A DNA stretch of 63,514 nucleotides, filler included, from Octopus bimaculoides (taxonomy: Eukaryota), in assembly GCF_001194135.2 (NCBI RefSeq). It is 5 parts of 4 records of this genome, joined end to end, with 100 filler letters (N's around TTAATTAATTAA, not from the genome) between each part and the next. Parts side by side here need not be neighbours in the genome. Positions count along the whole stretch, not along the records: positions 44,596 to 57,551 come from NC_068998.1; positions 57,652 to 62,187 come from NC_068991.1; positions 62,288 to 63,514 come from NC_069004.1; 2 more parts are not named here. The stretch is one strand, 5' to 3'. How positions within the stretch are numbered: the stretch's first letter is position 1; every line of letters starts with the position of its first letter. The notes beneath the pieces are model-generated. The model saw only the letters and a program-made list of their open reading frames with translations. It ran no database searches and was not told the DNA's origin. The position numbers were made by a program, and so were the translations under genes. This document shows, one piece after another, positions 50,214 through 63,465 of the stretch.

Positions 50214-53090
50214 TTAATCATCATCATCAACATTTAATGTCTGTTTTCCATGCTGGCATGGGTTGGATGGCTTGACAGGAATTGCCATGGCCAGGGCTAC
50301 ATCAGGTTCCATAGTCTGTTTTGGCATGATTTCTATAGGTGGTCGCCCTTCTTAATGCCAACCACTTTACAGGGAGTACTGGGTACTTTTTATGTGACAC
50401 CAGCACCTACACCAATGCTTTTTACGTGGCACTGGTTTTAGGATATCAGTTATGTTATGGCGGACGAGTCTTCTTGAGTGTTGCAATGCACCACATACCT
50501 CGGTCCTTTGTCATCTCCTTCATAAGGTTTAGCGTTTTGAGATCAGCCTTCAATACTTCATACCATGTTTCCCTCAATCTCCCTCTTCCACAACTCTCTA
50601 CTTTAAGTGATTGGCACTTCTTTATGCACTTGTCCTCATCCATCTGCATCACATAACCAAACTAGCACAGTCTGCTTTCTTGTATATAGTTTCTCTTATG
50701 CATAACTTCTCCCTCAATATACCAATGCTTTGTTGCACATGCACACTCACATTGCACATTCAGCTGAACACACCAGCTTCATTCCTCTAGCCTTCATAAG
50801 TCCTCTGCATTCAGGGTCCATGTCTCACTACCATGCAGCATCGCAGTTCATACACATGCATCATAAATCTTCCCTTCAGAGAGGGAGAGAGAGAGAGACT
50901 TTTAGTTGCCAACAGAGATAAAAGCTTTCTGGACTTTCTCCACCCTATTCTAATTCTAGCTATTACACTTTCTGTACAACCTTCTCCACATCTAATTAGG
51001 TCACCGAAGTTGTAATAATTAATCCACAACTTCCATGAGATTTGAGAAAATCAGCTTCCCATGTATCTGTGGTCTTTATAGCGACTGTATATCTTCCAAG
51101 GGCAAACACTAATTTCGCTGTTAACTTGCCTACTATTCCGCAGCTCCTCTACTGTGTCTATAGCTTGCATTGGGTACACCGATTGGAATTTCTCTCTACA
51201 TCCTTCCTATATGTCGAACAGGGCTATTTACTGGAAGGGTGATGGGTCCCATCCGATTTCTTGCTTCACACTTCATTCCAGGTTCTGTTTCCACACCTGG
51301 AATTTCTTTTTTAATTCTGTTACAGATTCTGCTATGAGGGCAACATCATCAGAATATAGTAGTTCCTATAGGCTTCCAGTCTTAAATTCTTTGCTACAGC
51401 CTTGAGGATGATGATGAACAGGAGGGGGTTGAGGAGTTAGCCTTGGTGAGCGCCTACCTGTACACTAAATTTTTCACTGTACATGGGCTGTACTGCCTTC
51501 ACATGCCATTCATCTATCCCTAACATCTTCAGAGACCACTAAATCACAAAGCCAAGTACTCTGTCGAAGGCTTTCTTTAGATAAACAAATGCCAAGTACA
51601 ACAGCTTTTTCTTAGCCACATACTTTTCTTGCAGTTGTCCATGGTGCTTCTCAGGTCAAAGCTGAACTGCATTTCATCTAGTCTAATTCTGTTCCTCACA
51701 ATTGTTCCTAATTCTGTTCCTAATCAACTCTCACCACAACTTTCATCACCTTGTCCAGCAATTTAATGCTTCTATAATTAATTCTAAGGCATCTTCCTTA
51801 CCCTGGTAGCAGCTGACTATGATGCTGCACCAGTCACCAGGGATCATGCCTTCCTGAATAACCTGATTTACTATACGAGTGCCTAGACTGTGTCCAACTC
51901 TACCAAACAGCTTAAGCATCTCAGCAGTGACTCCTGATTGACCAGGGGCCTTCCCTATCTTCATACCTTTAATTGCCTTATCTATCAACTAGGATAGCTG
52001 GTCCACCTGTTTGGTTCACATGAGGACTCCCTTTCTCCCATTCACTCTCCGCACTTAATAGTCTTAATAGTCATATTAGCTCTTCCATGCCTCTTTCTTT
52101 TCAGGATCAATAAGAGCAAGTGTACTATTACTTGTCCATACGCATGTCTCTCTCACAACATCTTGAATCTTCCTAACACACTGTCTAGCAATCCAAACCA
52201 CCTTAAGACTCTGATCTTCATACTGTAAGACACTGGCAAATCTCTTCCTTTCTGCTTTTTCCCTAGCTAGATATACCTGATGTCTAGCTTCTCTTTTAGT
52301 TATCTAATATGGTTCTTTGCAACCCCAACTCTTCCACTTTTCTAAATCCATCTATTCTCTTTTATAACCACGTTGACCTCATTGTTACACCACCATGTCA
52401 CCCTTGGTCTGGCAAAAACTTTGCTCCAACAACAGATTTGATCTGATACCTTCAGTAGATTGTACCGTAATAACTAGTCCTCTATGTCATATGTCTTGTC
52501 CTCTATGTCATTTGCATCACAGAACTCCGTTAACCTTGTTCCCTCCTCGTTTCTGGAACCAAAGCTGTAGCCTTCATGCACGCCATGTAGACCATCGGAT
52601 TGTTTTCCAGCATGGCCATTGATGTCACGATGAGAACGTTAGTGTCTATCATCATTGAGGTAATCTGCAGAAGGGGTTCATAAAAAATGTCCTTCTGAAT
52701 ATCTGCATGTCCTACATGTGGAACATATGCGGAGATAAATTACAGTTACATTAACCAGTACAAACCTTAGCTTAATAATCCTATCATACCCCCTGACTAT
52801 CTCAGTCACCTTATCCACCCATTTCTCAGACAAAAGAATACCTAGCCCATAATTGCTTCCCACTAACCCGTTACCTAACCCGTCATTGCTTCCATTCAGA
52901 AGAACTAGTATTTATGTCTCTTACATACGAGTAGTCTAGCTAAGGTTCCCCTCCATTGTACCCTTTGCACACAGCACACATCTACATATCTCTGCTCACT
53001 AAACCTATCTTTCATTGTGCCTACGTTGATTGTGGCAGCTTGTGAACCTGGGAATCCTGGGAGGGAAACTGCGGGGATGTTTTCAGCACT
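50214..53090 (-). mobile_element. Near-full-length decayed RTE LINE (APE + RT)
   Basis: APE ATINVGTMKD..VDVCCVQ..GLGILLSEKW; RT KIGKAPGQSGVTAEMLK, FVYLKKAFDRV, VGAHQG, LLYSDDV; C-terminal GRGRLRETWYEV; (GAT)n tail; many stops and frameshifts. Confidence 0.9.
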
Positions 53091-53256
53091 TGGAAAAAAA
53101 AATCTTAGTGGTCACTTGCCTGAAGGTTAGTAGTGTAAGCAGATACAGATTTCAGCACAGATTACAATTGCAATTTCCTTCAGTTCCATAAAGCCTTCAT
53201 GGATACGCAACTATGTGTGTGTGGGAGGGACAGATAAATTAGAAGTTATCATTATT

Positions 53257-53318
<62 letters not shown>

Positions 53319-53789
53319 TGATGATGATCTCAAATTTTAAAACAAACAGATAATTTTCTTATGTTTCTTAAACATTCTCTAGAACAATACTATGTACAAA
53401 ACCAAATATATGGCACCCTAGGCATAACACCAATATGAACTTCTAACTTGTCTCTTGGAGCCAACTTGTACAAATGTAAAGCAAAAGTCAAACATAAAAT
53501 AATAATAATAATTATTATTATTATCATTAAGGCAACAATTAGTCTTCGACAATGCAGAAGTAGCTGTGCACACTATGGTAAAATATATATTTCTAAATCA
53601 TCACCTGTATTACGGTGTAGACATACAGACATAAACATACACCCATATACATAAGTGCGTACATGAACAATGCACGTGGGGCCCACAAGCTACTTATATG
53701 CATTACATGTATCCATACGCTATGCTCTCGTAAGAACAGTTCACAGGTTACAAAAATCGTCAAGTGCACTATCTATATGCATACACATA

Positions 53790-54030
53790 CATATACTTGC
53801 TGGCGAGCTGGCAGAAACGTTAGCACGCCGGGCGAAATGCTTAGCGGTATTTCGTCTGCCGCTACGTTCTGAGTTCAAATTCCGCCGAGGTCGACTTTGC
53901 CTTTCATCCTTTCGAGGTCGATTAAATAAGTACCAGTTACGCACTGGGGTCGATGTAATCGACTTAATCCGTTTGTCTGTTCTTGTTTGTCCCCTCTGTG
54001 TGTAGCCCCTTGTGGGTAGTAAAGAAATAA
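53790..54030 (+). mobile_element. Well-preserved tRNA-derived SINE, family B
   Basis: TGGCGAGCTGGCAGAA head, B box GAGTTCAAATTCC, body shared with about ten other segments in the window. Confidence 0.8.
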
Positions 54031-54621
54031 CATACATATTCTTATGTGCATAAATATATGCCCATAATTCTCTAACGAACATGTTCATGCATGAGTAGGA
54101 TTAACAAGTATACACGAACATCAACATATGCACATGCGCCCAACTTCCTTCAAGGTGGCAGTAAAGGGCATTTACCAGGGAAAACAAAATTCACTTCAGA
54201 TGACATGAATAGACAGTCCGCCATGAAAATTTCTAGGAGAGAATTGAATTGGAACATTTCCGACCAAAATTAAAGGAAGGTACCTGTAGGAGCATATAGA
54301 TAGGGAGAGAGATAGAAACTAAAAGTTGTACTTGAAAGAGAAATCAACAAGTTGTTTGATGGGAGAGAGTGAGAGAGAATCCAGGACAGAAAGATTGGGT
54401 GAAGATGAAGGTGATGAAGACTGCGGAACTGACGGAAATTTAAGTAAATTATATCGTCACATATATGTAAAGACTAAAGAATAAGAATAAAATAAAAAAA
54501 TAAGCTAGTCTACCTGGCTGTTTTAGCTTCGATGTGTTGTGTAAACCTTCAGAAGTAAAATTAAAAATCCCGTGCGAATGTTCTACATAATATCCTAGAA
54601 CCGACGAGAAGTGCACGAGGA

Positions 54622-54870
54622 TTCGTGAGAATGTTGAGAGAAACTATCCGCCATTTTACTATCATCGTCGTCGTCGTCGTCGTCGTCGTTATCATTGTCA
54701 AGGATATATGATAGAGTTGGACAACCTAATTATTCCTACGTTATCAACATCTTCGCGAGAATGTTGGGAGAAACTATCCACCATTTTGCTATCATCATTA
54801 TTGTCATCATCATCGAGGATATGCGTGAGAGATGGAAAACTAATTAGTCCTACATTATCAATATCATCAT
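54622..54870. repeat. Diverged tandem duplication of about 130 bp
   Basis: TTCGTGAGAATGTTGAGAGAAACTATCCGCCATTTT at 54622 and TTCGCGAGAATGTTGGGAGAAACTATCCACCATTTT at 54752. Confidence 0.85.
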
Positions 54871-54946
54871 AGACCAGATCGTCTAGTTAGCATATCTTAC
54901 ATACATACATGCATACATACATACATACATACAAACATACATACAT

Positions 54947-57300
54947 AAATCTGAAGTGAAGAGAAGGAATTAAACCAAGACGCTCTGTGGCTGGAAGAAA
55001 TCCGAAGAAGTTATTGCACCTGCCTTACACCCAAGACATACAACATTGATGGTGAAACTCGTGCAACTGATCCAGAAACTCCAGGATGAAAAAGCACATG
55101 GAAGAGACTTGATTGCTGGATATTGGTACAAGAAGCTAACATTCTACCGACCATATCCTATAAATCTGTACCAGCAAGCTTTCATTGGGAACAGTAGCAT
55201 ATCACATTGGTTAGCTATGGCAGAGACAAAATTGATCCCCAAATGCAGAACCACCCACATGGCAAAAAACTACCGGCCAATTGCATGGCAGAACTTAATG
55301 TTTAAACCTCTTCCTCCAGGACCATTGTGAAACCAATAACATTATCACAGCAGAACAAGCAGCTGGGAAGAAGAGAGTCTGGCGATGTGCCGAGCCATTG
55401 TTAATCAACAAAACTATGATGTTAGAGGTGCGAGAGCATAGGAAGAATCTAGTTTCAATGTGGCTTGACTACAAGAAAGCCTTTGACTCTGTTCCCCACT
55501 CATGAATGCTAGAAGCCCTTCAACTTGCTAAAGTTCCAGTGAGAATAATCAAAGCCATAGCTGACTTGACTTCATCGTGGGCCACCATCTTGAAATTAAA
55601 CACCAAGCGTGATTGTATTATCACCGATAGAATACAGTATCGCAAAGGCATATTCTAAGGAAACAGCCTCTCTGTGATGTTGTTTATACTTTCCGTAAAA
55701 CCCTTGTCATCCATGTTAAGGAAGTATGAAGGATATCTCACTGGTTCACAAGGAAACAGAAATACCAAAATTACACACACATTTTCAAAGGATGTAAGAT
55801 TGGAGTTTGGTCAAAATATATGTTGTTACATGGTTGTGAAAAGGGGAAAAACTAGAAACCAGACTAGTAACATCTCCATTAATGATTTGACTGTTTCCCC
55901 TGTATCTGACGAGGAATGTTACAAGTATCTAGGAATGGATGAAAATATATCTTACAGTGGCCCCTGTAACAAAGCACGTGTCACTAAAGAATATAACAGC
56001 CGAATAAAGAAAATTTGAACCTCAGAACTCTCTGAATTCAATAAAACAGTGGCTCAGAATGTGTTTGCAGTGCCAGTACTCATACCAACATTTAGGCTGC
56101 TTGATTGGACGCTTGATGAGATCCGAGCCATTTATGTGAAAACCCGTAAAATACTAACAAGCACACAATTTTCACATAACAGTGATGTAGACCGACTCTA
56201 CTTTAAACGAAAACAAGGCTTTTGAATGTCGCATCATATCCCTTCGGTAACATCTTTTAACCACCAAGTGCCGAAGTGCATCTCTTGGCCAAATTTGCAT
56301 GCATGAGGCTGATAACATCATAAGACTTGGAAGGCCGCTCCTTGAGCAAAAAAAAAAAAAATGGTTGATAACCTAGAATAACCCAAAGAAGTCGCACAAC
56401 TCCACTGCAACGCATTATCAGATGAAAGGATGAGCCTATATGAGCAGAAGCCTATGCATGGATATGTTACTAGAAAGCTCCGGGATGATAGTAACATCGA
56501 TCTTCAAAGCAGTTTATCATGGACCAATAGCCGGATTACTACCTTCCACTTTGAAGGGTATGCGTTTACAATCCAGGAATATCAACCAAGTACCTGATGC
56601 ACAAAAGGGATAGAGATGCAGGCAAAGCCGTAAAGTGTGACAACCAATGCCGACTTTGTGGAGTTCACACTGAAGATATCACCCATATCATAAGTAGTTG
56701 TCCGAAAATGTCATCACGGCGTTATCTACCAATGAGAGACATAACGTTGTAGCTAGGACACTCTATAATGAAATCTGTCGGAAGGATAATCCCGAGGACA
56801 AAGAAATAAGAATCCACAATATGGTAGAAGCCATAGCCACTCATAATAAAAAGGAATACTGGTAGGATGAACTAGTGAAGACCTCAATAAAATGTAAGCA
56901 CAACAGACCTGATATGATGATTTGGGATCGAGAAGAGTTGTGGAAATTAGGTGCCCAGCGGATGTTAACATAAAGCTGAATATCAGTGAAAAAGAGAACA
57001 TCTATGCTGAACTATTGAGAAATCTGCAGTTACTCTATCCAGATTACAAGTTCAGGTTTATACCTGTAATTATTGGGGCCCTGTGATATGTAACACACTG
57101 CCTAAATGCCAATCTTGAGAAACTAGGCTTCTCAAAACCAGAAAGGAGAAAGCTAATCCGAAGACTACAGATCCAATCCACCACTGGAACTGTAAAAATC
57201 TGTAAAATTTTCCAGAAGTTTATCATTTGAATATATATGAGCATGTCAAAATATGCAACTATATGCATGAGAATACATGCATAAAACATACAAATCTACA
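54947..57300 (+). mobile_element. 5'-truncated R4/Dong-like non-LTR retrotransposon (RT + CCHC knuckle + restriction-like endonuclease)
   Basis: GYWYKKL, NYRPIA, DYKKAFDSVPH, GIF*GNSLS, YKYLG, CRLCGVHTEDITHIISSC, KHNRPDMMIWDR, EIRCPAD..EKENIY, IPVIIGAL; (TACA)n on both flanks. Confidence 0.85.
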
Positions 57301-57477
57301 CATACATACATACATACATACATACATACATACATGCATGCATGCATACATACACATACACACACACATACATACATACATACATACATACATACATACA
57401 TACAAACATACATACATACGTACGTACGTACGTACATACATACATACATACATACATACATACATACATACATACAT
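57301..57477. repeat. (CATA)n/(TACG)n microsatellite
   Basis: Directly visible. Confidence 0.95.
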
Positions 57478-57551
57478 GATGGCCGTCCACTCGTGACCGA
57501 GGAAGACCATTGCCGACCTTCAGGAACATTGTGCGCTCTAGGACTAACTTA
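57478..57551 (-). mobile_element. RTE LINE 3' terminus with (ATGT)n tail
   Basis: Minus strand AATGGTCTTCCTCGGTCACGAGTGGACGGCCATCATGTATGTATG. Confidence 0.55.
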
Positions 57552-57803
57552 NNNNNNNNNNNNNNNNNNNNNNNNNNNNNNNNNNNNNNNNNNNNTTAAT
57601 TAATTAANNNNNNNNNNNNNNNNNNNNNNNNNNNNNNNNNNNNNNNNNNNNATTTCGAATTTACTGCTTAGCACTTACCAAGAAACTCTAAACACTTGAG
57701 TCACTAACAGGTGTGACTGTGAATGTGTGTGTGTGTTTTAAATATGTGCGTATGTTTGTGTACATGTGTATATCCGTGGGTGTGTTTATGTATGTGTGTG
57801 AGT

Positions 57804-57840
<37 letters not shown>

Positions 57841-58357
57841 CGTTTGTGTGTGTCTGTGTGTGTGTTCGCTGTTTGTGTGTGTATGTGTGTGTGTGTGTGA
57901 GTGTGTGTTTGCGTGTGTGTGTGTGTTCGCTTGTGTGTGTATTTGTGTGTATTCGCTTGTGTGCGTCTGAATGTATGTATGACTGTGTGTGTGTTTGTTT
58001 GTGTATGTGTGTGTCTATGTGTGTATGTGTGTATGAGTGTGTGTGTGTATGAGTGTATGTATGTATGTATAAGTGTGTGTGTATGAGTGTATGTATGTAT
58101 GTATGAGTGTGTGTGTGCGCGTGTGCGTGAGTGTGTGTTTATGTTTGTGTCCGATGCATGTTGATGTGGATGTGTTCCGCTGTAAACCGGTCTATGAACT
58201 TGTGTTTCTTTATGTGAAAATGTGTAATTAGTGATTCGATAAATAAGAATCGATAAAATAAGTATTGCAATCATTATGAACGACTAGAACCTTTGAAGGT
58301 GGCGTCCCAGCATAGCCGTAGTCCACTGCATGAAAGAGTACAATAGTGTGCGCGCGA

Positions 58358-58429
<72 letters not shown>

Positions 58430-60662
58430 GTGTGTGTGTGCATTTGTGAGGAAGAGAGTTAAAAGGAGANNNNNNNNNNNNNNNNNNNNNNNNNNNNNNN
58501 NNNNNNNNNNNNNNNNNNNNNNNNNNNNNNNNNNNNNNNNNNNNNNNNNNNNNNNNNNNNNNNNNNNNNNNNNNNNNNNNNNNNNNNNNNNNNNNNNNNN
58601 NNNNNNNNNNNNNNNNNNNNNNNNNNNNNNNNNNNNNNNNNNNNNNNNNNNNNNNNNNNNNNNNNNNNNNNNNNNNNNNNNNNNNNNNNNNNNNNNNNNN
58701 NNNNNNNNNNNNNNNNNNNNNNNNNNNNNNNNNNNNNNNNNNNNNNNNNNNNNNNNNNNNNNNNNNNNNNNNNNNNNNNNNNNNNNNNNNNNNNNNNNNN
58801 NNNNNNNNNNNNNNNNNNNNNNNNNNNNNNNNNNNNNNNNNNNNNNNNNNNNNNNNNNNNNNNNNNNNNNNNNNNNNNNNNNNNNNNNNNNNNNNNNNNN
58901 NNNNNNNNNNNNNNNNNNNNNNNNNNNNNNNNNNNNNNNNNNNNNNNNNNNNNNNNNNNNNNNNNNNNNNNNNNNNNNNNNNNNNNNNNNNNNNNNNNNN
59001 NNNNNNNNNNNNNNNNNNNNNNNNNNNNNNNNNNNNNNNNNNNNNNNNNNNNNNNNNNNNNNNNNNNNNNNNNNNNNNNNNNNNNNNNNNNNNNNNNNNN
59101 NNNNNNNNNNNNNNNNNNNNNNNNNNNNNNNNNNNNNNNNNNNNNNNNNNNNNNNNNNNNNNNNNNNNNNNNNNNNNNNNNNNNNNNNNNNNNNNNNNNN
59201 NNNNNNNNNNNNNNNNNNNNNNNNNNNNNNNNNNNNNNNNNNNNNNNNNNNNNNNNNNNNNNNNNNNNNNNNNNNNNNNNNNNNNNNNNNNNNNNNNNNN
59301 NNNNNNNNNNNNNNNNNNNNNNNNNNNNNNNNNNNNNNNNNNNNNNNNNNNNNNNNNNNNNNNNNNNNNNNNNNNNNNNNNNNNNNNNNNNNNNNNNNNN
59401 NNNNNNNNNNNNNNNNNNNNNNNNNNNNNNNNNNNNNNNNNNNNNNNNNNNNNNNNNNNNNNTATATATATATATATATGCAAAAATACATTTGTATATA
59501 TGCAAAAATACATTTGTATATATGCAAAAATACATTTGTATATATGCAAAAATACATTTGTACATGTACATGTATATTCATATATATACATGTAGATGTA
59601 GGTATGTACATACATGTACGTATATACGCATATACTCAGATACTCATAAAGTTGAAAAAGTGTGACGCATTTATTATATTAGATGATATATGTAATTTTC
59701 TATGCTTTCAGTAGCCTTCAGATCGGTTTGAGTACCTGTAATTAACTGGGGTTTATTTTACAATTATGATCTCCTCATCTAAAGCTTTTCAAGTGAACGA
59801 GAATTCAAATACTCGTCTAGTGTGAGATTTGAATGCAGATATTTTTCTAATTATGAGGACGCAAGACTATCACTGCGCATGTGTAAGCATTTCTGTTTAT
59901 GCGGAAGTTCTTCCTTATTCACACACACACACACACACACATTAAGAATGGGTTATAAAATGTCTAGGTAAGCGTAGTGTAGATAATCATCAAGTAATAT
60001 TCAGAGAGGCGCATGGCTCAGTGGTTAGAGCGTCGGGCTCACAATCAGGAGATAGAGAGTTCGATTTTTATATTACAAAATAAGGGAAAGAAAAGGTTTC
60101 ATTACAAAAGTCTACACCCTTGCTAGCAACTGAACGTATTCCGTACGAATAACGCAAGGTGCCGTGCATTGGAACTGAACTCACAACTATGTGGTTGCGA
60201 TGTCAGCGTTTTAACGCCATATCCATACCTGACACCTATAGCCATGCCTATGTTCTATTATTTTTCGCTTTTTTTTTTTGTCTTTTTTTTGTCTAGAAGA
60301 CAAATATAATGGACTGATATTATATTGACTGATTCCAATTTTCTTAACCACTTAGAGACACGAAATGCAAATTCTGACTCGGTGACTTTTGAACTCAGAC
60401 CTCCGAGAGAAGAAATGAATTACGGTAAAATGTGTTTAGCGGAATTCTCGCTCTTGCTTATTGATTTCTAGCATTTATTATGAGAGTGACGTTCTACAAA
60501 GTGCGTTCTACCTACATTTCCAGGATACGTTAATATAATTATTACAATCATTAATTATTCCGAACATGGTAGGCTTTAGAACAGAATTCAGAAAGGACAT
60601 TAAATGCCGTAAGGCATATAGCTATATATATATATGTGTGTGTGTATATGACTATATATACA

Positions 60663-60740
<78 letters not shown>

Positions 60741-61977
60741 AACATATATACATGTATGTATCTATGAATGTATGTATGTAGTTACATGATCTACCATTTC
60801 CATCAACTATTGCATCCTAAAATGTCGGTATTTTTATTAATCAACCATGAACGAGGAAAGAAAAAAATGTCTTCCATTTATCTTAACTATCTCTTTTGCG
60901 TTATCATTAGCGGATAGTTATTTCACTGATACAGCTTGACGTCGTGTTATTTCAGCAAGATTCACTTTGGATTTCAGCCATATTACTTTTCAAAAAGCCC
61001 ATCATTAAACACAATTTCAATTGATAAATAAGCCAGAGGGAGGTGATATGTAAGAAAATATATTAATGTTCTTCGATGGACAAATATAATACCAATAGAC
61101 TAATAAATGCACACATAGACATACATACATGCATAAATACGCACATACGTACGTGCTATAGCTCTCTGACAAAGGCAGAAAAGGGGAGACTAAATTTATC
61201 ATACATTTCTGAAATAACACTGATTCCACAACAGATTTAAATAGAGGCCTCCATTGGTGGGAGTCTAACCGGAAGTTGACCAGTACTACAATTATTAGCC
61301 GTTGGTTAAATCCACTACTCTTCGGCTACCATGACACACGATATAGAATTCGAAAATGGTGTGGATTTGGTGCAGGTAACTGTGTTTGGGTAAGCAAGCG
61401 TGCACGCGGAAACGTTCCTGCTAGCAAGACACAAGTTTTCATTTTATTTTTTTTCTTTCCCAGGAAGATACGTTTACTGAAGTGAGTAAAGAAAATTATA
61501 ATAATATAAGTTATCTTGCAACTAAACAATTTCGTACACGCCACATTGCACCGCACAAGAAATCGAATAGCTTATTATCTGATCACTGATATCACGCTGA
61601 GTACGTATAAACCCTTCGGGGGAAAACCAGTGTCAGTTAATAATACCTATTTTGTTCAGAGCTTATCAAAACAGAAAATCGATGCTGATTTCGAAGCACA
61701 AAGTTATCGTTAAAAACGACAGAAACAGTAAGAAGGCCGGACTAAACACGTGGGATATTTAGTTGCATTTCTTTACTTTATGAGTTCGAATTCTGTGAGA
61801 CAAAAACAATGCCTTGGGATATTTGAGAGGCATTCCTGTAGGTTCTGTGTTCGAATCAACTAAGACCACCGCTTGCAAAATTGTTTTTTTTTTTTTTTTA
61901 CTTAAGTTAGAAATCAACCATTTTGGAATAAGTATAAGGTGGAGGGGCATAGAATTGATAGAGATCATATCAAGTTA

Positions 61978-62187
61978 CTCTTTTACTCTTTTACTTGTTT
62001 CAGTCATTTGACTGCGGCCATACTGGAGCGCCACCTTTAGTCGAGAAAATCGACCCCAGGACTTATTCTTTGTAAGCCTAGTACTTATTCTATCGTTCTC
62101 TTTTGCCGAACCGCTAAGTTACGGGGACGTAAACACACCAGCATCGGTTGTCAAGCAATGCTAGGGGGACAAACACACACACACACA
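61978..62187. mobile_element. SINE-like repeat, family C
   Basis: TACTCTTTTACTTGTTTCAGTCATTTGACTGCGGCCAT.. also at 32915-32965, 40540-40745 and inverted at 44270-44340 and 58275-58345. Confidence 0.7.
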
Positions 62188-62539
62188 NNNNNNNNNNNNN
62201 NNNNNNNNNNNNNNNNNNNNNNNNNNNNNNNTTAATTAATTAANNNNNNNNNNNNNNNNNNNNNNNNNNNNNNNNNNNNNNNNNNNNAGCAAAATGTGAG
62301 AAACTGATAAAAGGTTGTACGAGTGGTGTGGGTTGAGGGTCTCTTTAGATAAATACCAGGATGGATGGCAACGGTTTTATCAGGCAACTTTAAAGGAAAC
62401 TCCTAATTGGAATTCAAATGAATTTTACATAATCTAAAGGCTGACGCGAAGTTCATGAATATACAGAATGCCTCGTGCTAAGCATTAAAAATTAGATAAG
62501 TTTTTATAACAAAACGCCAGGAGAGGATCTGCCGTGGAT

Positions 62540-62930
62540 TTACTTGTCTTTCTTCATCAATAACAACTGGACAGACAGGCGCGACACATTCGTCCATCCG
62601 TCTTCTCCACCTAATATTCTTGGAAGTGTCGTAAGAGAAGAGTCTTCGGGCATCTCCTTTATAGGGTACAGTCAGAAGCAGCCGTCATTAGATGTTCCGG
62701 ATGGGTTCTCAAATGTGACCAACTGAAACTGAAAATTTATCGAACCCTTTCGTTCTTGATCTACCCTTAGGTCCTCCGTCAGTCAGCTCGACTTGAAGAA
62801 TCCGTTTTGCGATTCCCTGCTGCGACATTTTAATCACATGTCTGTAGTACCGGAGCTGTGACTTGTCAATGCGGAGAAGTAGCGGTTCGGCCCCGAGAAA
62901 CATCTCCGGAAAAGAGCAACAAGCTGATCT
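62540..62930 (-). mobile_element. RTE LINE C-terminal fragment
   Basis: AEPLLLRIDKSQLRYYRHVIKM..GGPKGRSRTK resembles EPLLLRIERSQLRW-GHV-RM..RPRGRPRTRW. Confidence 0.75.
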
Positions 62931-63428
62931 TCTTCAACGCCCAACGTCTACCCAAGAACGTCGGCGCACTTTTCCTCCGCTAATCCTCTATAAAAAGCTA
63001 AAGTGGACGTTCCACCTCACCAAGCAAGCTTGATGGGCTCCGGCCATGCAACAGGTTGTACTGGGTCACATGTTAACAGCAGCGCTTGTGTGGGAGGTGG
63101 GGGTGGGGGCGTGTATGTATGGGAAACCGAGGGGTCTCCAGTGTCAACTTTTCTCGTTCTTTCAGAAACTCTAGGTTTTGATTTGAAGGTGAGTTGGCTA
63201 CTGTTTCTAGCATGTCTGGTGATCGCTTAGAGGTGCTACTAACTGGTTTCTAGTCGACTGTAGGTGACCTAAATCTTCTGTTTATTGCTATAGAACTCAA
63301 TACTGCTTCGGTTAGCGCTTATTTGACAGGAGGAGGCTGGAGGCCATAAATCACTCGGGTTTACTATTTCAAAAATGTGATTTTCTGACTGGATTTTGGT
63401 AAGAATTACGGCATAAACTGTGTAGGCG

Positions 63429-63465
63429 GGAGAGAGAGAGAGGGAGAGAGAGGGAGGGAGAGAGA

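Noticed and set aside
60005-60065. tRNA-like sequence GGCTCAGTGGTTAGAGCG...GAGTTCGA
   Set aside because: No acceptor stem or complete T arm; it matches the SINE heads elsewhere in the window, so it is not a tRNA gene.
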